Shown here in pieces: positions 25,994 to 36,000 of a stretch of DNA of 64,000 nucleotides; the stretch's first letter is position 1; each line of letters opens with the position of its first letter. Source of the stretch: an uncultured virus (IMG/VR IMGVR_UViG_3300020578_000056) (Duplodnaviria; Heunggongvirae; Uroviricota; Caudoviricetes); the IMG/VR virus record IMGVR_UViG_3300020578_000056, one strand, 5' to 3'. The position numbers and the translations under genes are program-made. Below the pieces are notes generated by a model. That model was not told the origin of the DNA and did no database searches. It was given only the letters and a program-made list of their open reading frames with translations.

Positions 25994-28975
25994 CTAAACC
26001 AAGCTCTGGATTTCGCTTAACGCAAAAGCATTGGCCTGAATTTTAAGATTGTACCTGTTGGGACCCTTGTTTTCTTCCAATTCCGATCTCAAAAGGCGTA
26101 TGGCGTTTTCCTCATGGTATTTGGCTTTGTCGGGAGCCGAAGCTTGGGCTTGAAACCCAAGAACCATTTCAAGAATTGCCGGGTAGTTGAGGATGTACAT
26201 TTTTTCAGAATCGGTTGTGTGCGGAAGAGCTTTTCTTTTATAGAGTATCCGAATACACTTTTCTTCTCCGGTGTTCCCACGAATAAAGTAGACCCTCACC
26301 CGCTTCCCTTCCGCAAAGGTTTCGCCACGGTCGATCAATGCCGGATCTTGGTTATTGCTTTCGGCGGTCGAATACCCAGGCCCATTTTCGTGATAGTCAT
26401 AGCTTCGGCCATACACGGGTATCGGACGACCGCCCGGAAGCGCAGCCGACAAAACCGTTTCAATGTTGAACGGGAGATAGATGTTTCCGTCTTCCGGCAT
26501 AGTAAGCTTAATTTCGTCCACCGTTCCCGGCCACTTTCCGCGCAAAATCAAAGTCTCTTCAGCCCTGTTTAACAGCCGACCGACTTCTTGATCCGACAAT
26601 CGCAATCCGTCTGGGAGGTCCAGAGCAAGCCTCGCCTTGAAAAAGCCAAAACTGTCCGGGCTGGCCGTATCTAGGGCGGTTGTGTAAAGGGTGTGTCTAT
26701 CTGACTCCAACTCGGTAATTAAACTTTTTTCTAGATACCCCTGAGCCTCTTTTTCCATCGCCAAAGCCATTTCAGCCTGTCCTCCGACCAAGCCGGCCAC
26801 AGAAAGAGCGGCAGCCTTGACCGCCTCATAGGAGCTTATCGGCAAAGATGCGGTATCGGGTGGGGTTGAGTTGATAGCGATTGAGCTAAGCGGTTTTTTA
26901 ACCCCAAGCCTTCCCGCCTTGATCAAAAAGTTGTAGTGTGTGACAAGTTTTTCTTGAGCCTTGAGAACCAAATCCGTGATTTCTTTGTCGGAGAGCTTTA
27001 GTCCATTGGGCAATTCAAGAGCCAGTCTTGCCTTGGCCCACCCGTAAGTACCCCACGTTGAGTTATCGAATAAGGTTTGATATTCAGAATGTCTCTTGGT
27101 TTCCAAATCCAAACTAACCTTTTCCTCAAGTTTTAAAAAGGCTTGATCTTCCAGCACCTTGGACGCCTCAATCTGGTTGCTGTTCAGCGAGGCAATTGAC
27201 AAATAAGCCAGCTTGATGGTCTCAAAATCTCTTAAAGGTTCTGGGGGAAGAGCCCCATCAATCACCACAATCGGAAGCGCAATGGCGCTGATGTTAGATT
27301 TGACCCCAAACCTTCCGGATCTGAGGAAAGTGTTGTATTTAAAAACGAGCTTCTCGACTGCTTTTTTGATTCCCTGCTCAAGTTCAAAGTTGGAAACCCG
27401 CAAACCGTCTTCAAGGTCCAAAGCCAGTCGAGCTTTAATTTGACCGTAAGAACCTTCAATCGAAGAACTTAAGGCGTTTCGGTAGTTTGAATGTCTTTTT
27501 GTCTCAAGATTTTGAAGCAATTGTTCTTCCATCTTAAGCTTTGCTCTTTCCTCATAAGCCGAGAACTGCTCAGCTCCGTCCGGGCTTTTCAAACTTATCT
27601 CGGCTAACACGGAAAACCTTACTGCGGAATAGTCAGTGATCGCAAGAGTTGCGGAAAGGGAGGCCACCGGGGAATAAGTAAGGTTTGTAATTTCGTCTTT
27701 GACCCCGTATCTCTGGCTTTTGATAAGGTTGTTGTATTGGAATATCAGCTTTTCCTGGGCCTTGTTGATCAACTCAACTAGCTCTTTTTCGGAAAGACTA
27801 AGACCCTGCGGTAAGTCCAGAGCAAGTTTGGCGACCATGTACCCAAGAGTGTTTCGGTTGTTTATGGCCCCATCCAAAGCCGCTTGATAATCCGTATGTC
27901 GCTTGTTTTCAACGTCAGTAGCAAGTTTTTGCTCAATTTCTTGCACTGCTTGTTTCCTAAAAGCCTCCGCAACATCTGGCTGACTTGCATTCATTGCCTG
28001 GATGGAGAGCGCCCCCAACTTTACGGTGGAATACTCCGTTATCGGAAGAGTTTGATCGTCGTTATAGGAAAACGAGTGGTTTAAAGACGGAAGACTTTCT
28101 TTGACGCCATAGCGCCCATTTCGGATCAAGAAGTTGTACTCGTCAACAAGGAGATCAAGGGCTTTGTTGACATAATCGGTAAGCTCCCCGTCATCAAGAC
28201 GAAGTCCATTCTTAAGGTCTAGAGCTAGTCTGGATCTTACGAACCCCATCGTTCCATACGGGTAGGAATTGATGGAACTTTGATAGTTTATTTTTCTTGC
28301 GGACTCCAAAGCGCTATCGGTTTTGGATGAAAGATGCTCCAAGGCTTTCAACTCAAGGGTTTTGGCCAAATCCATCTGGTTGTTCTCTTCTCTCCAAAGA
28401 GCCAGCATCATCAACTTCAAAGCGTCTAAGTCGTCAATCAGCAAGATATCGGAATCCAAAACAGCCGGCTTGAATTTAAGCTGACCGGTAATTTCAACAT
28501 GGGTTACATCTTTTTCAGCTAAAGGAACACCGGCAACTGGCGGAACTAGGACATACCTGTAGGGGTTAGCAGGGTCTGGAAATACCTGAAGAAGCCCGGC
28601 CGTTTCGTTGATAAACGCCTGGACTGTATTATTTTTTATGTACGGGTAAACCGTGCTTGAAGAAGCAACTTCTGCCGGGGTCGGCGTATACTCGGCGACT
28701 CTTGAAATGGATTGAAACCCGAAACCAATAAAGCTATCGGAACCTTCCTTTAAAGCGTCTCCTTGCGGGACTAAAAAGGATTTTTGCAAAACAGTTCCAA
28801 CTTGGGTTTGGGTTACTGCGCAGATTGCCTTTGCCATTACCCCCAACCAGGGGCGCACGGCGTATAGCCTTCTTTGGGCCTCGTTGATCCGATAGACGAC
28901 TCTGGAATCAGTCGAACAGACGCCATTATCAGCGTATTTCGCCAATAGAAGCCTAGCTTTGGCTAAGGTCGTCAT
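25994..28975 (-). CDS. head-tail adaptor (tail tubular A-like) with six tandem modules
   Basis: N-terminal RINEAQRRL; five further G..K(A/S)RLALDL..GL.LS..E units about 133 aa apart. Confidence 0.65.
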   Translation of the reverse strand: MTTLAKARLLLAKYADNGVCSTDSRVVYRINEAQRRLYAVRPWLGVMAKAICAVTQTQVGTVLQKSFLVPQGDALKEGSDSFIGFGFQSISRVAEYTPTPAEVASSSTVYPYIKNNTVQAFINETAGLLQVFPDPANPYRYVLVPPVAGVPLAEKDVTHVEITGQLKFKPAVLDSDILLIDDLDALKLMMLALWREENNQMDLAKTLELKALEHLSSKTDSALESARKINYQSSINSYPYGTMGFVRSRLALDLKNGLRLDDGELTDYVNKALDLLVDEYNFLIRNGRYGVKESLPSLNHSFSYNDDQTLPITEYSTVKLGALSIQAMNASQPDVAEAFRKQAVQEIEQKLATDVENKRHTDYQAALDGAINNRNTLGYMVAKLALDLPQGLSLSEKELVELINKAQEKLIFQYNNLIKSQRYGVKDEITNLTYSPVASLSATLAITDYSAVRFSVLAEISLKSPDGAEQFSAYEERAKLKMEEQLLQNLETKRHSNYRNALSSSIEGSYGQIKARLALDLEDGLRVSNFELEQGIKKAVEKLVFKYNTFLRSGRFGVKSNISAIALPIVVIDGALPPEPLRDFETIKLAYLSIASLNSNQIEASKVLEDQAFLKLEEKVSLDLETKRHSEYQTLFDNSTWGTYGWAKARLALELPNGLKLSDKEITDLVLKAQEKLVTHYNFLIKAGRLGVKKPLSSIAINSTPPDTASLPISSYEAVKAAALSVAGLVGGQAEMALAMEKEAQGYLEKSLITELESDRHTLYTTALDTASPDSFGFFKARLALDLPDGLRLSDQEVGRLLNRAEETLILRGKWPGTVDEIKLTMPEDGNIYLPFNIETVLSAALPGGRPIPVYGRSYDYHENGPGYSTAESNNQDPALIDRGETFAEGKRVRVYFIRGNTGEEKCIRILYKRKALPHTTDSEKMYILNYPAILEMVLGFQAQASAPDKAKYHEENAIRLLRSELEENKGPNRYNLKIQANAFALSEIQSLV

Positions 28976-29751
28976 CCCTGTAGCTGGATATAATTAACCC
29001 AAAGCGTAAAGCTACCGGCGGTGAAACCTGTGGAAGAACTTGGGCCTATCTCAATCCATAAGCGTGTTCCGTTTGTGTAGATATGGTCAGGAGGAACAGA
29101 GTCCTGTTTCTGAAGAAAACACTTAGAGGCAAAATCAGCATGGCCAGGCCAAAAGATTAGGGTTGGTTTTGTTGTATTGGTGGGATCCGGGTATAAATCA
29201 AAAGTGTTACCCAGTTGCACTCCGCTGGCGATTGTAAAACTGTTGTCGTTATAAAAAGGGTTTGTTTGGTTTTGCTCATCTGGGTTGGCCCTAACTTTCA
29301 AGGTAAAATCTGATACCCCTTTGGTTAATTTAGCATTTGTCCTTGCGGCAATCCATTGAATCATGGACCTTGGGGGCAATTCAACCAGATTTGTCGAACT
29401 TGTGCCGAGAAACGGAAAACAAAAACGTCCGCTTACCGCACCACCCAGGTCATTGATTAGGGTATGAGTAAAGGTACGAGTCAAAGTTTGAGAACCAACC
29501 TGAACCCAATTTTTCGCAGAAGTTCCGCCATAACTATAAAGAATTGGACTATTCAATACCTTTCGGTCAACCCAAAGCCTAGGGGAGGGCTCAAGAGGAT
29601 CGACAACGACGGGAGCATCGCCTAAAGATGTTGTGTACAACACTGCCTGATCTGACCCAGTGACAGAAAGGTGCTGACTAAAAACCTCAAGAAGTTGCTG
29701 CGGGGTTCCGTAGCAGGTGCCTGGGGGTAATTTTCCGGGTATTAAGGGCAT
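28972..29751 (-). CDS. putative tail protein
   Basis: Start reassigned to ATG 29751 (MPLIPGKLPPGTCY), directly after the upstream stop. Confidence 0.65.
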   Translation of the reverse strand: MPLIPGKLPPGTCYGTPQQLLEVFSQHLSVTGSDQAVLYTTSLGDAPVVVDPLEPSPRLWVDRKVLNSPILYSYGGTSAKNWVQVGSQTLTRTFTHTLINDLGGAVSGRFCFPFLGTSSTNLVELPPRSMIQWIAARTNAKLTKGVSDFTLKVRANPDEQNQTNPFYNDNSFTIASGVQLGNTFDLYPDPTNTTKPTLIFWPGHADFASKCFLQKQDSVPPDHIYTNGTRLWIEIGPSSSTGFTAGSFTLWVNYIQLQG

Positions 29752-29752
29752 A

Positions 29753-30682
29753 TTAAAGAATTGTTGTTGTTGGCATGGTCTCAAGTTGCTCTCCACGCAC
29801 AACGCCATTTCCTTCAATCGTATATTTATAAGACCCAAAAATAATTGCTGGCCGAGTGGCCCGTTTTCCATTTCCCTTACCAAGATCCCCGCCGGGGAAA
29901 CTTCCGCACCCGCCCTCAAGATAGGTGCCATCGGCTCCGCAACCATAGCCACCATGACCGTCTTTTGAGCCCCCAGGAATCCCGGCCCCGCCACCACCCT
30001 GGTAACCATGCTTTCTCTTCCGGTCCATAGTAATCCCGTGCCCCCCGGTGCCCCCGGAACCAATAATACCTTTGTTGATAATTCTTGTCGGCAACGTTTC
30101 GCTGCCATGCTCAATTAAAATGGCTGCCCCACCCGACTTAGAATATGCGGGGCACCAGTGACAATCGCAGCAGCCGCTACTGGTGCCATTCGCCCCACGT
30201 CCAGCAACTATCCCATTTGACGGGCTTCCCGTTGCGCTACCGGCAGAAACAGCAACAAGGTTTTTGTAACTCACCGGCCCAATCCTGATAACTAGGCCAA
30301 TAGTTGGGTGCCAAGATCCGGTTCTAAGAGAAAATGTAGTTAGGCTGTTGCTCCCGATATTCCCCTTGATCGTGAAGTCAAAAATGGTTTCTTGTGGCTC
30401 CCCATTAAAAAAAGCAAAGACATTAGGTTTTGCGTCTCGAGCTGCGGTTTTTAGGTTAATATTGAAAGAGTTTTTGTTATCTGCCCCAATTGTGATTTTC
30501 TGTCTTGGGACTTTCCCGTATAAATCAGATAGGGCAATAGTTGTTTGCGGAGTTGGTTTCCCCGCAAGCTCCCTAAAGTCTTCCGAATCAAAATTCTCCT
30601 GGGTTCCGGCTGGTTTGACATACACCGTGTTTACGTCGGCAACCGAAATTGTTCCGGAAAGTGGCATTTTTAAAAAACTCAT
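29753..30682 (-). CDS. Gly-rich fibre-tip adhesin (T-even gp38-like)
   Basis: GRGANG, INKGIIGSGGTGG, GGGGAG motifs; follows the fibre gene. Confidence 0.65.
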   Translation of the reverse strand: MSFLKMPLSGTISVADVNTVYVKPAGTQENFDSEDFRELAGKPTPQTTIALSDLYGKVPRQKITIGADNKNSFNINLKTAARDAKPNVFAFFNGEPQETIFDFTIKGNIGSNSLTTFSLRTGSWHPTIGLVIRIGPVSYKNLVAVSAGSATGSPSNGIVAGRGANGTSSGCCDCHWCPAYSKSGGAAILIEHGSETLPTRIINKGIIGSGGTGGHGITMDRKRKHGYQGGGGAGIPGGSKDGHGGYGCGADGTYLEGGCGSFPGGDLGKGNGKRATRPAIIFGSYKYTIEGNGVVRGEQLETMPTTTIL

Positions 30683-30683
30683 A

Positions 30684-32516
30684 CTAAACCTCTCTGGCTT
30701 TAAGAGCCTTGATTTCTTCTTTTAAGGAACAAATTTCCTTGGCCAAAGCCACACAGGCGGCCAAGGCGACATTCCCGTAAGCCACGGAAAGTTTCCCGTC
30801 GGAGCCCTCAAGAACACCCTCTGGGGTTACTTCTTTAAGGCTTTGCGCAGACACGCCAATTTGGGTGATTGGTGCGTCAACTCTGTCAAAAATGCCGGCT
30901 TTTACTTTTGAAAGCTTCTCAACAAACTCTTCAGTTAACCCCCGCCAGTTGGTTTTAAGAGTCTCATCTGAATACGCAGTGACATTACCCCTTGCCGTGA
31001 AATTCCCGGCAGTATCGGCTGTCCATCGAAATTTGCTCCCATCGGACCAACCCCCAAGCCTAAACACGTTATCGGAGTCCAAACCCAAATTGACAGCGTA
31101 AGCACCGTTACGATGGAAAGACATGACCGCCCCATTTGACCCGGTGTTGTAAATTTGAAATTTATGATTTGTTTCAGTCAAAACCCCGCCGGGCTTCCCT
31201 TGAAAGTAATTTAGGCCTGTCCAAGTGTAGCCTTCTGCCGTTGCCGATCCGTTAAGAGAACTCGCCACATCTGCGGTTCCGGCAAAGCGAGTAGCTGAAA
31301 TTGTGCCGGCGCTGAAGTCACCGCTGCCATTTCTAACAACAATAGTGTTTGCAACATTTGCGGAATTTGCGGTCGTAGCCGAATTAGCAACTTTCCCACC
31401 AGTCTTTAAAGTCTTTAGTCGATTGTCTTCTATCTCGGAGTCCGCAGCCAAATGACGGTTTTTGATGATCCCGTCGTTAAGACCAGCGTTTAAAATTGCG
31501 GGAGAGGTGCCATTAAAGGCAACGCCGCTGGAGCCATTAAGAACGCCACCTAGGCTGATCAACTGACCTGTGGTCAAGCTGGTTGCGCTGCCCTGCAAGG
31601 TACCCTTAAAGACAGCGGACTGGCCTTGAGGAGCTTCGTAAGTTGTGGCCATAAACTTATCGGTGGCCGTAATAAAAGCCGCGCTCAAGCTACCTTCCGG
31701 AGCGTTTAAAACTTTCCCAGCATCGAAGGTGAGATTGTTTTTAACTTGGACAGCCCCATTCAATGTGGTGGGTCCGACAACATCTAAAGACGTTGTAGCG
31801 TTAAGGGTGGTAAATCTTCCTGGAAATGCCGTTCCAGTAGTGTTAACGGCTCCGCGAATTTCTTTTCCAGACCCAGTTACAAACAAATTGCCATTTACGG
31901 TAACATCGTTTGAAAAAAGAGCTTTTCCATTGCTTTCGATTTTAACGTTCGTTTCACCACCAACAGTTAGGGGGCCAACCGAAACAGAAAGAGAAGTGCC
32001 CACATTAGCTGTGGTTTGGGCGTCCAGAGTAGTTACTTTAGCGGAATATCTTAATGTCTCGCCAAGCTTTGCGTTAACCCCAACATCCGTGCCTTTTCTT
32101 TGGGTCAGATTTCCGGTCAAAGTACCAGAGTCCGTATCCCCGGAACCCGGAGCCCTTAAAGTTATATTGTTGGCCTCAAAAGAACCCTGCCCGTCTCGGA
32201 TTACGAGAAGATTGCCAATCGAGGTATTGGTGGCGTTTTGCACCTTGTTGTAATGCTCTATGCTCATGGTGCCCGGGGTTTCCGGGCTCGATTCCCGAAT
32301 TCGAATAGTCCCCTCTTCCGCAATCCCGGTTGAGGGAGTAGTCTCTATGGGAAGAACAGCCTGAACCAACTTCACATAAATAGTTGGGACATCCATGTAG
32401 TCTTTCAAGTGCTCGAGGGACAATTGACGGGTGGTGCCTTGCAAGACGCAAGGCACTACCGTGGAATCGTTTGGGACTACGGAAGCAGGTAACTCGGTAA
32501 TTTTGACTTCAGCCAT
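30684..32516 (-). CDS. tail fibre with C-terminal peptidase S74 intramolecular chaperone
   Basis: MAEVKITELP N-terminus; TAYSDETLK cleavage motif, GVSAQSL, LSVAYGN, terminal coiled coil. Confidence 0.9.
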   Translation of the reverse strand: MAEVKITELPASVVPNDSTVVPCVLQGTTRQLSLEHLKDYMDVPTIYVKLVQAVLPIETTPSTGIAEEGTIRIRESSPETPGTMSIEHYNKVQNATNTSIGNLLVIRDGQGSFEANNITLRAPGSGDTDSGTLTGNLTQRKGTDVGVNAKLGETLRYSAKVTTLDAQTTANVGTSLSVSVGPLTVGGETNVKIESNGKALFSNDVTVNGNLFVTGSGKEIRGAVNTTGTAFPGRFTTLNATTSLDVVGPTTLNGAVQVKNNLTFDAGKVLNAPEGSLSAAFITATDKFMATTYEAPQGQSAVFKGTLQGSATSLTTGQLISLGGVLNGSSGVAFNGTSPAILNAGLNDGIIKNRHLAADSEIEDNRLKTLKTGGKVANSATTANSANVANTIVVRNGSGDFSAGTISATRFAGTADVASSLNGSATAEGYTWTGLNYFQGKPGGVLTETNHKFQIYNTGSNGAVMSFHRNGAYAVNLGLDSDNVFRLGGWSDGSKFRWTADTAGNFTARGNVTAYSDETLKTNWRGLTEEFVEKLSKVKAGIFDRVDAPITQIGVSAQSLKEVTPEGVLEGSDGKLSVAYGNVALAACVALAKEICSLKEEIKALKAREV

Positions 32517-32530
32517 AACCTATCCTTCCA

Positions 32531-32558
32531 TTTTTATATCTAGAACACTTTTAGTCAA
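32531..32558 (-). promoter_or_regulatory. putative promoter TTGACT-N16-TAAAAA
   Basis: Intergenic, upstream of fibre gene and GGAAGGA RBS. Confidence 0.5.
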
Positions 32559-32571
32559 GATATCGAAGCCC

Positions 32572-32991
32572 CTAGCCCTCAGAAACCAGGACTTCTGGAT
32601 CTGAAGACGTGCTTTGTTGCAGCTCAAGTTTCTGGCCATCCACCGGTTCTGGAGGGCTTCCAATGACAGTCCCCTTGTAGTCCACCGCCAAAATAAACCG
32701 ATTAGGAGCCCCAACCAATTCAAACCAATTTAAATCCTTGCAACCAAAAGGAGTACACTCCTTTTCCCATATCGCCTCTTTAATAGTTTTTGTAAGGTTT
32801 TTGAACGCCACGTTTTCAATAACAAGACTCCCCTTAAGAAGAGAATCCGTTTGGCCATTGACAAAATCGTAATTGGAAAGTGAGCCTCGGTCTGTCTTAA
32901 AAATCGGATTGATTGCGTAACTCACGTTGGGAAGAATGCCAATACCAGTGTTTTGTTGGTACCCGTTTTCAAGAATCCGATCAATGTTCAA
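32572..32991 (-). CDS. C-terminal continuation of YDG/MBG adhesin (in frame after TAG)
   Basis: In frame with 33010 ORF across one TAG; YAI...GSLSNYDFV...GSLVI resembles the C-half of an MBG domain. Confidence 0.55.
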   Translation of the reverse strand: MNIDRILENGYQQNTGIGILPNVSYAINPIFKTDRGSLSNYDFVNGQTDSLLKGSLVIENVAFKNLTKTIKEAIWEKECTPFGCKDLNWFELVGAPNRFILAVDYKGTVIGSPPEPVDGQKLELQQSTSSDPEVLVSEG

Positions 32992-33009
32992 AATTTCGTC
33001 ACCAAAAGA

Positions 33010-36000
33010 CTACCCGGTTGCAGGGTTTATCGGATTGTTTTGATTTTCAGGCACAAGCCCGGAAATAAAGAAATTATCAGGGCTTAAATTTAAGGCTTCT
33101 TGCGAAACCAGATCACCAAAGAATTTTGAAAAATCCTTGGGTTTTATTTTTAGGGTTCTTTTATATATTTGATAGGGCAGTCCCGGCCGCTCGGGCATAG
33201 CTAATTCATCTTCAGTCCCAGGAAGGTACTCAATTACATAGTTTGGGGTAGGCGGTAAAAGACCTTTTAGCCTAATTTGTTTTCCTGTTCCAAAATTAAA
33301 ATTTGTAAAATAGGCGTTTAGAACTCCAATAGGAGCTGTTTTTGGAAATACTTGGGTATCTGACTCAACTATTCCCGTGTATTCAAAACCATTGTTAATA
33401 ATAAAAGCAGTGTTTAAACCATCAAATATCTTGTCGTTCGAATGCAAACCGACAAAAGAAATGACTTTTTTATCGATTTGCCCCTCATAAAGGGGTTGAG
33501 TGAGATTATAGTTATCCTTACGACTACCTGCCAAGGTGAAGTTGGCAACCACACCTCTTGGGCCGGCATTTCGGCTTAAAAACCTGGCAGTTGAAAAAGA
33601 GCTTGGATCAACAGAAACAAAAGTTTCATCCCCGGCCAAAACCCCGCCAAGCGCAGGCGAACTTCCAGGAGTAATTCCAGCCCATTGAATTGAAAAAATA
33701 TCTGTTGTCCCGTCATAAACTTTTGTGACAGACGAAACATCCACAGACGACAAAACTGTAACTGTTTTTGGAGCCACAACTCCGGGTATTGAGCTCGGGC
33801 CGCTGACTGTGAAATTTGGATTAGTGGCTGAATAGGAAATTTGAATTTGGGAAGAAGGGACAAAAACACCGTTTCCAGAGGTGTAAGTCCCGACAACCCC
33901 AACGCCAGAAGTCACACCCGGAACTTCATTTTGAACCACATAAGCCAGCGAAGCAGTTGGCCAATTGGTCGAACCATAGTTTCTTGGCGGAACTGTGACC
34001 GAGGTAACAGTCAAAGGTCTGGGTTGAACGGAAAAAGGGAGCAAGACATACTCGGCGTTTTCGGCTGGGTCTGGTCGGTAATTACTGGTCGAACTCGACT
34101 CGTCCCACCCCGGGAAAAGAAGCCTTACCTTGTAAGAACCAACTATTTTGGCTTCCGGAGAGGCGACGCCTCCAAACTCAAACAGAAAACTTGTGGGAGT
34201 GGTCCCTAAAGGCGTTTCCGGCACATTGAAAGAAACAGTTGGATTTTGGTTTTTGTAGATTACGGATGTTCCGCCGGAAACTCCGTCTAAGACTAACCAG
34301 GAGGCGGCCTCGGCACCCCCAACCAGTTTTGGGGTTATGGTTATGGCTCCAGTTGCGAAACCGCCTTCTGGGTTGCTGACGATATAGTTCCCAAAATACG
34401 GACTAGTATTTTTAAAGCCTAACAAGGATACTTGGCAGGCCCGTAATCCGCGATTAGGGTTTGCTAGGGTTGCCGTAAAATTAAAATCTGCTTTTGTTGG
34501 GGAATCAGTACCGACTGCGCCAACAAGGGAAAACTGTACTTCCTGAGAAGCCTCGGTACTGCCATTATAGACTTTAGTTCCGGTTACGCCGGTTGAAGAT
34601 AAAACAAGAGGTGCTGCAACAACTGTTCCTAACGGCCCTGTAGGATCGGAACCGTCGTAAGATCCGACAAAAGACACAGAATAGTTTAATGAGTCTCCAC
34701 CAAAAAAAGCAATGTTGGACGTCGATGCTATACCAGAACCGACTGAAGATGAGGAATAAATTGGAGCAAGGGGGCCGTAGCAAATTGGCTCTGTTCGAAG
34801 CCTTGTATCCGCCCCGACAAGCCCAGAGACCAAGGGTATCCTTGGATTGTTCAGACCATTATAAACCTTAGAAGCGGTAAGGCTGAGCGAAAGAGAACGT
34901 TTGGCAATGGAAATATTGGCAGAAGCAGACCAACCGGTATTAATATTAAGCGTATAGTTTTTTGCCTGTCGACCGTTTAGGTTTGCGGAAACAACCGACC
35001 TATCAGAACCAAAGTCTTTGCTGCTTGCCAAAAGAGAAGAAACAAAGACTTCATCAGACCCTACAGCCCCAACCAGCGGAAGGGTCAAACCCGAAAATTC
35101 GGGAGTGCCGTCGTAAGTCTTCTGAAGATTTGGGTCAGTGGTTGAAAAAGAAAGTTCTTTAGGAGTTATAGTTAAGTAAGCTAACTGGTGGTCAGATAGA
35201 ACAGGTAAATAGGAAAGTTCGTCGGCGCCGGAAAGAAGAACTTCCGGAAAAGCATGGTGAGGATTACGGACGCTAGAACCGGTTTCAATTGGCTCGTCAC
35301 TAGGGTTTGAGTCAAAAGCGCTTAGTGCGTGATCGACAATCACAGAATCCCCAGCTTCAACCCCAGTGACGGAAAGGGTACCGTCGTAATCATACCAGGA
35401 AGAACCGTCGTACACCCGTGAAACATTGAAACTTGCGGTTGAAAGTTCTGGCCTAGTTACCAACAGGGCTTTTCTGTAAACCTGGGCAATGCTGGAAGAA
35501 AACCTTTCGGGAAAGAGGTATTTAGATAAGTTTTGTGGACTTCCGGAAAACGATAAAAACGAGTTAACCCCGTAATACAAATTAGGGAAGGTGTCGTTTG
35601 GGTTGGAAATAGGCTCGTTATCAGAAAGGCTAAAATAGCCAGAAAAGTTCTCTGGCGTTGAAGCTAAAGCTGAAACTGAAATTGAATCAGAACTCAAAAC
35701 TCCTGAAATTCTAAAGGAAGAAGTTGATATTCCGGTTGCCGGATAAATATTATCTGAGGAAGCGAAGACAGAAACGGCTCTTCTTTGGACAATATAGTCG
35801 GGTGCGTAAGCTATGGTATCTCCTGAATTTGGCGGGGCAATTGTGCTGTCTGAAAGGCCTAACACTGAACTTGACGAGACTAATGAGCCTCCTTGATTGA
35901 CGCTAATTAAAAAATCACCAGAAAAGGCGAATTTCAAAAACTGCGTTGGGTCGGAAACTTTACGAATGTTAAAACTTTGGGGGTCGTTCGGATCAACAAA

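Noticed and set aside
29752..30114. N-terminal extension of ORF 28972..30114
   Set aside because: Overlaps the Gly-rich adhesin gene; ATG 29751 follows its stop directly
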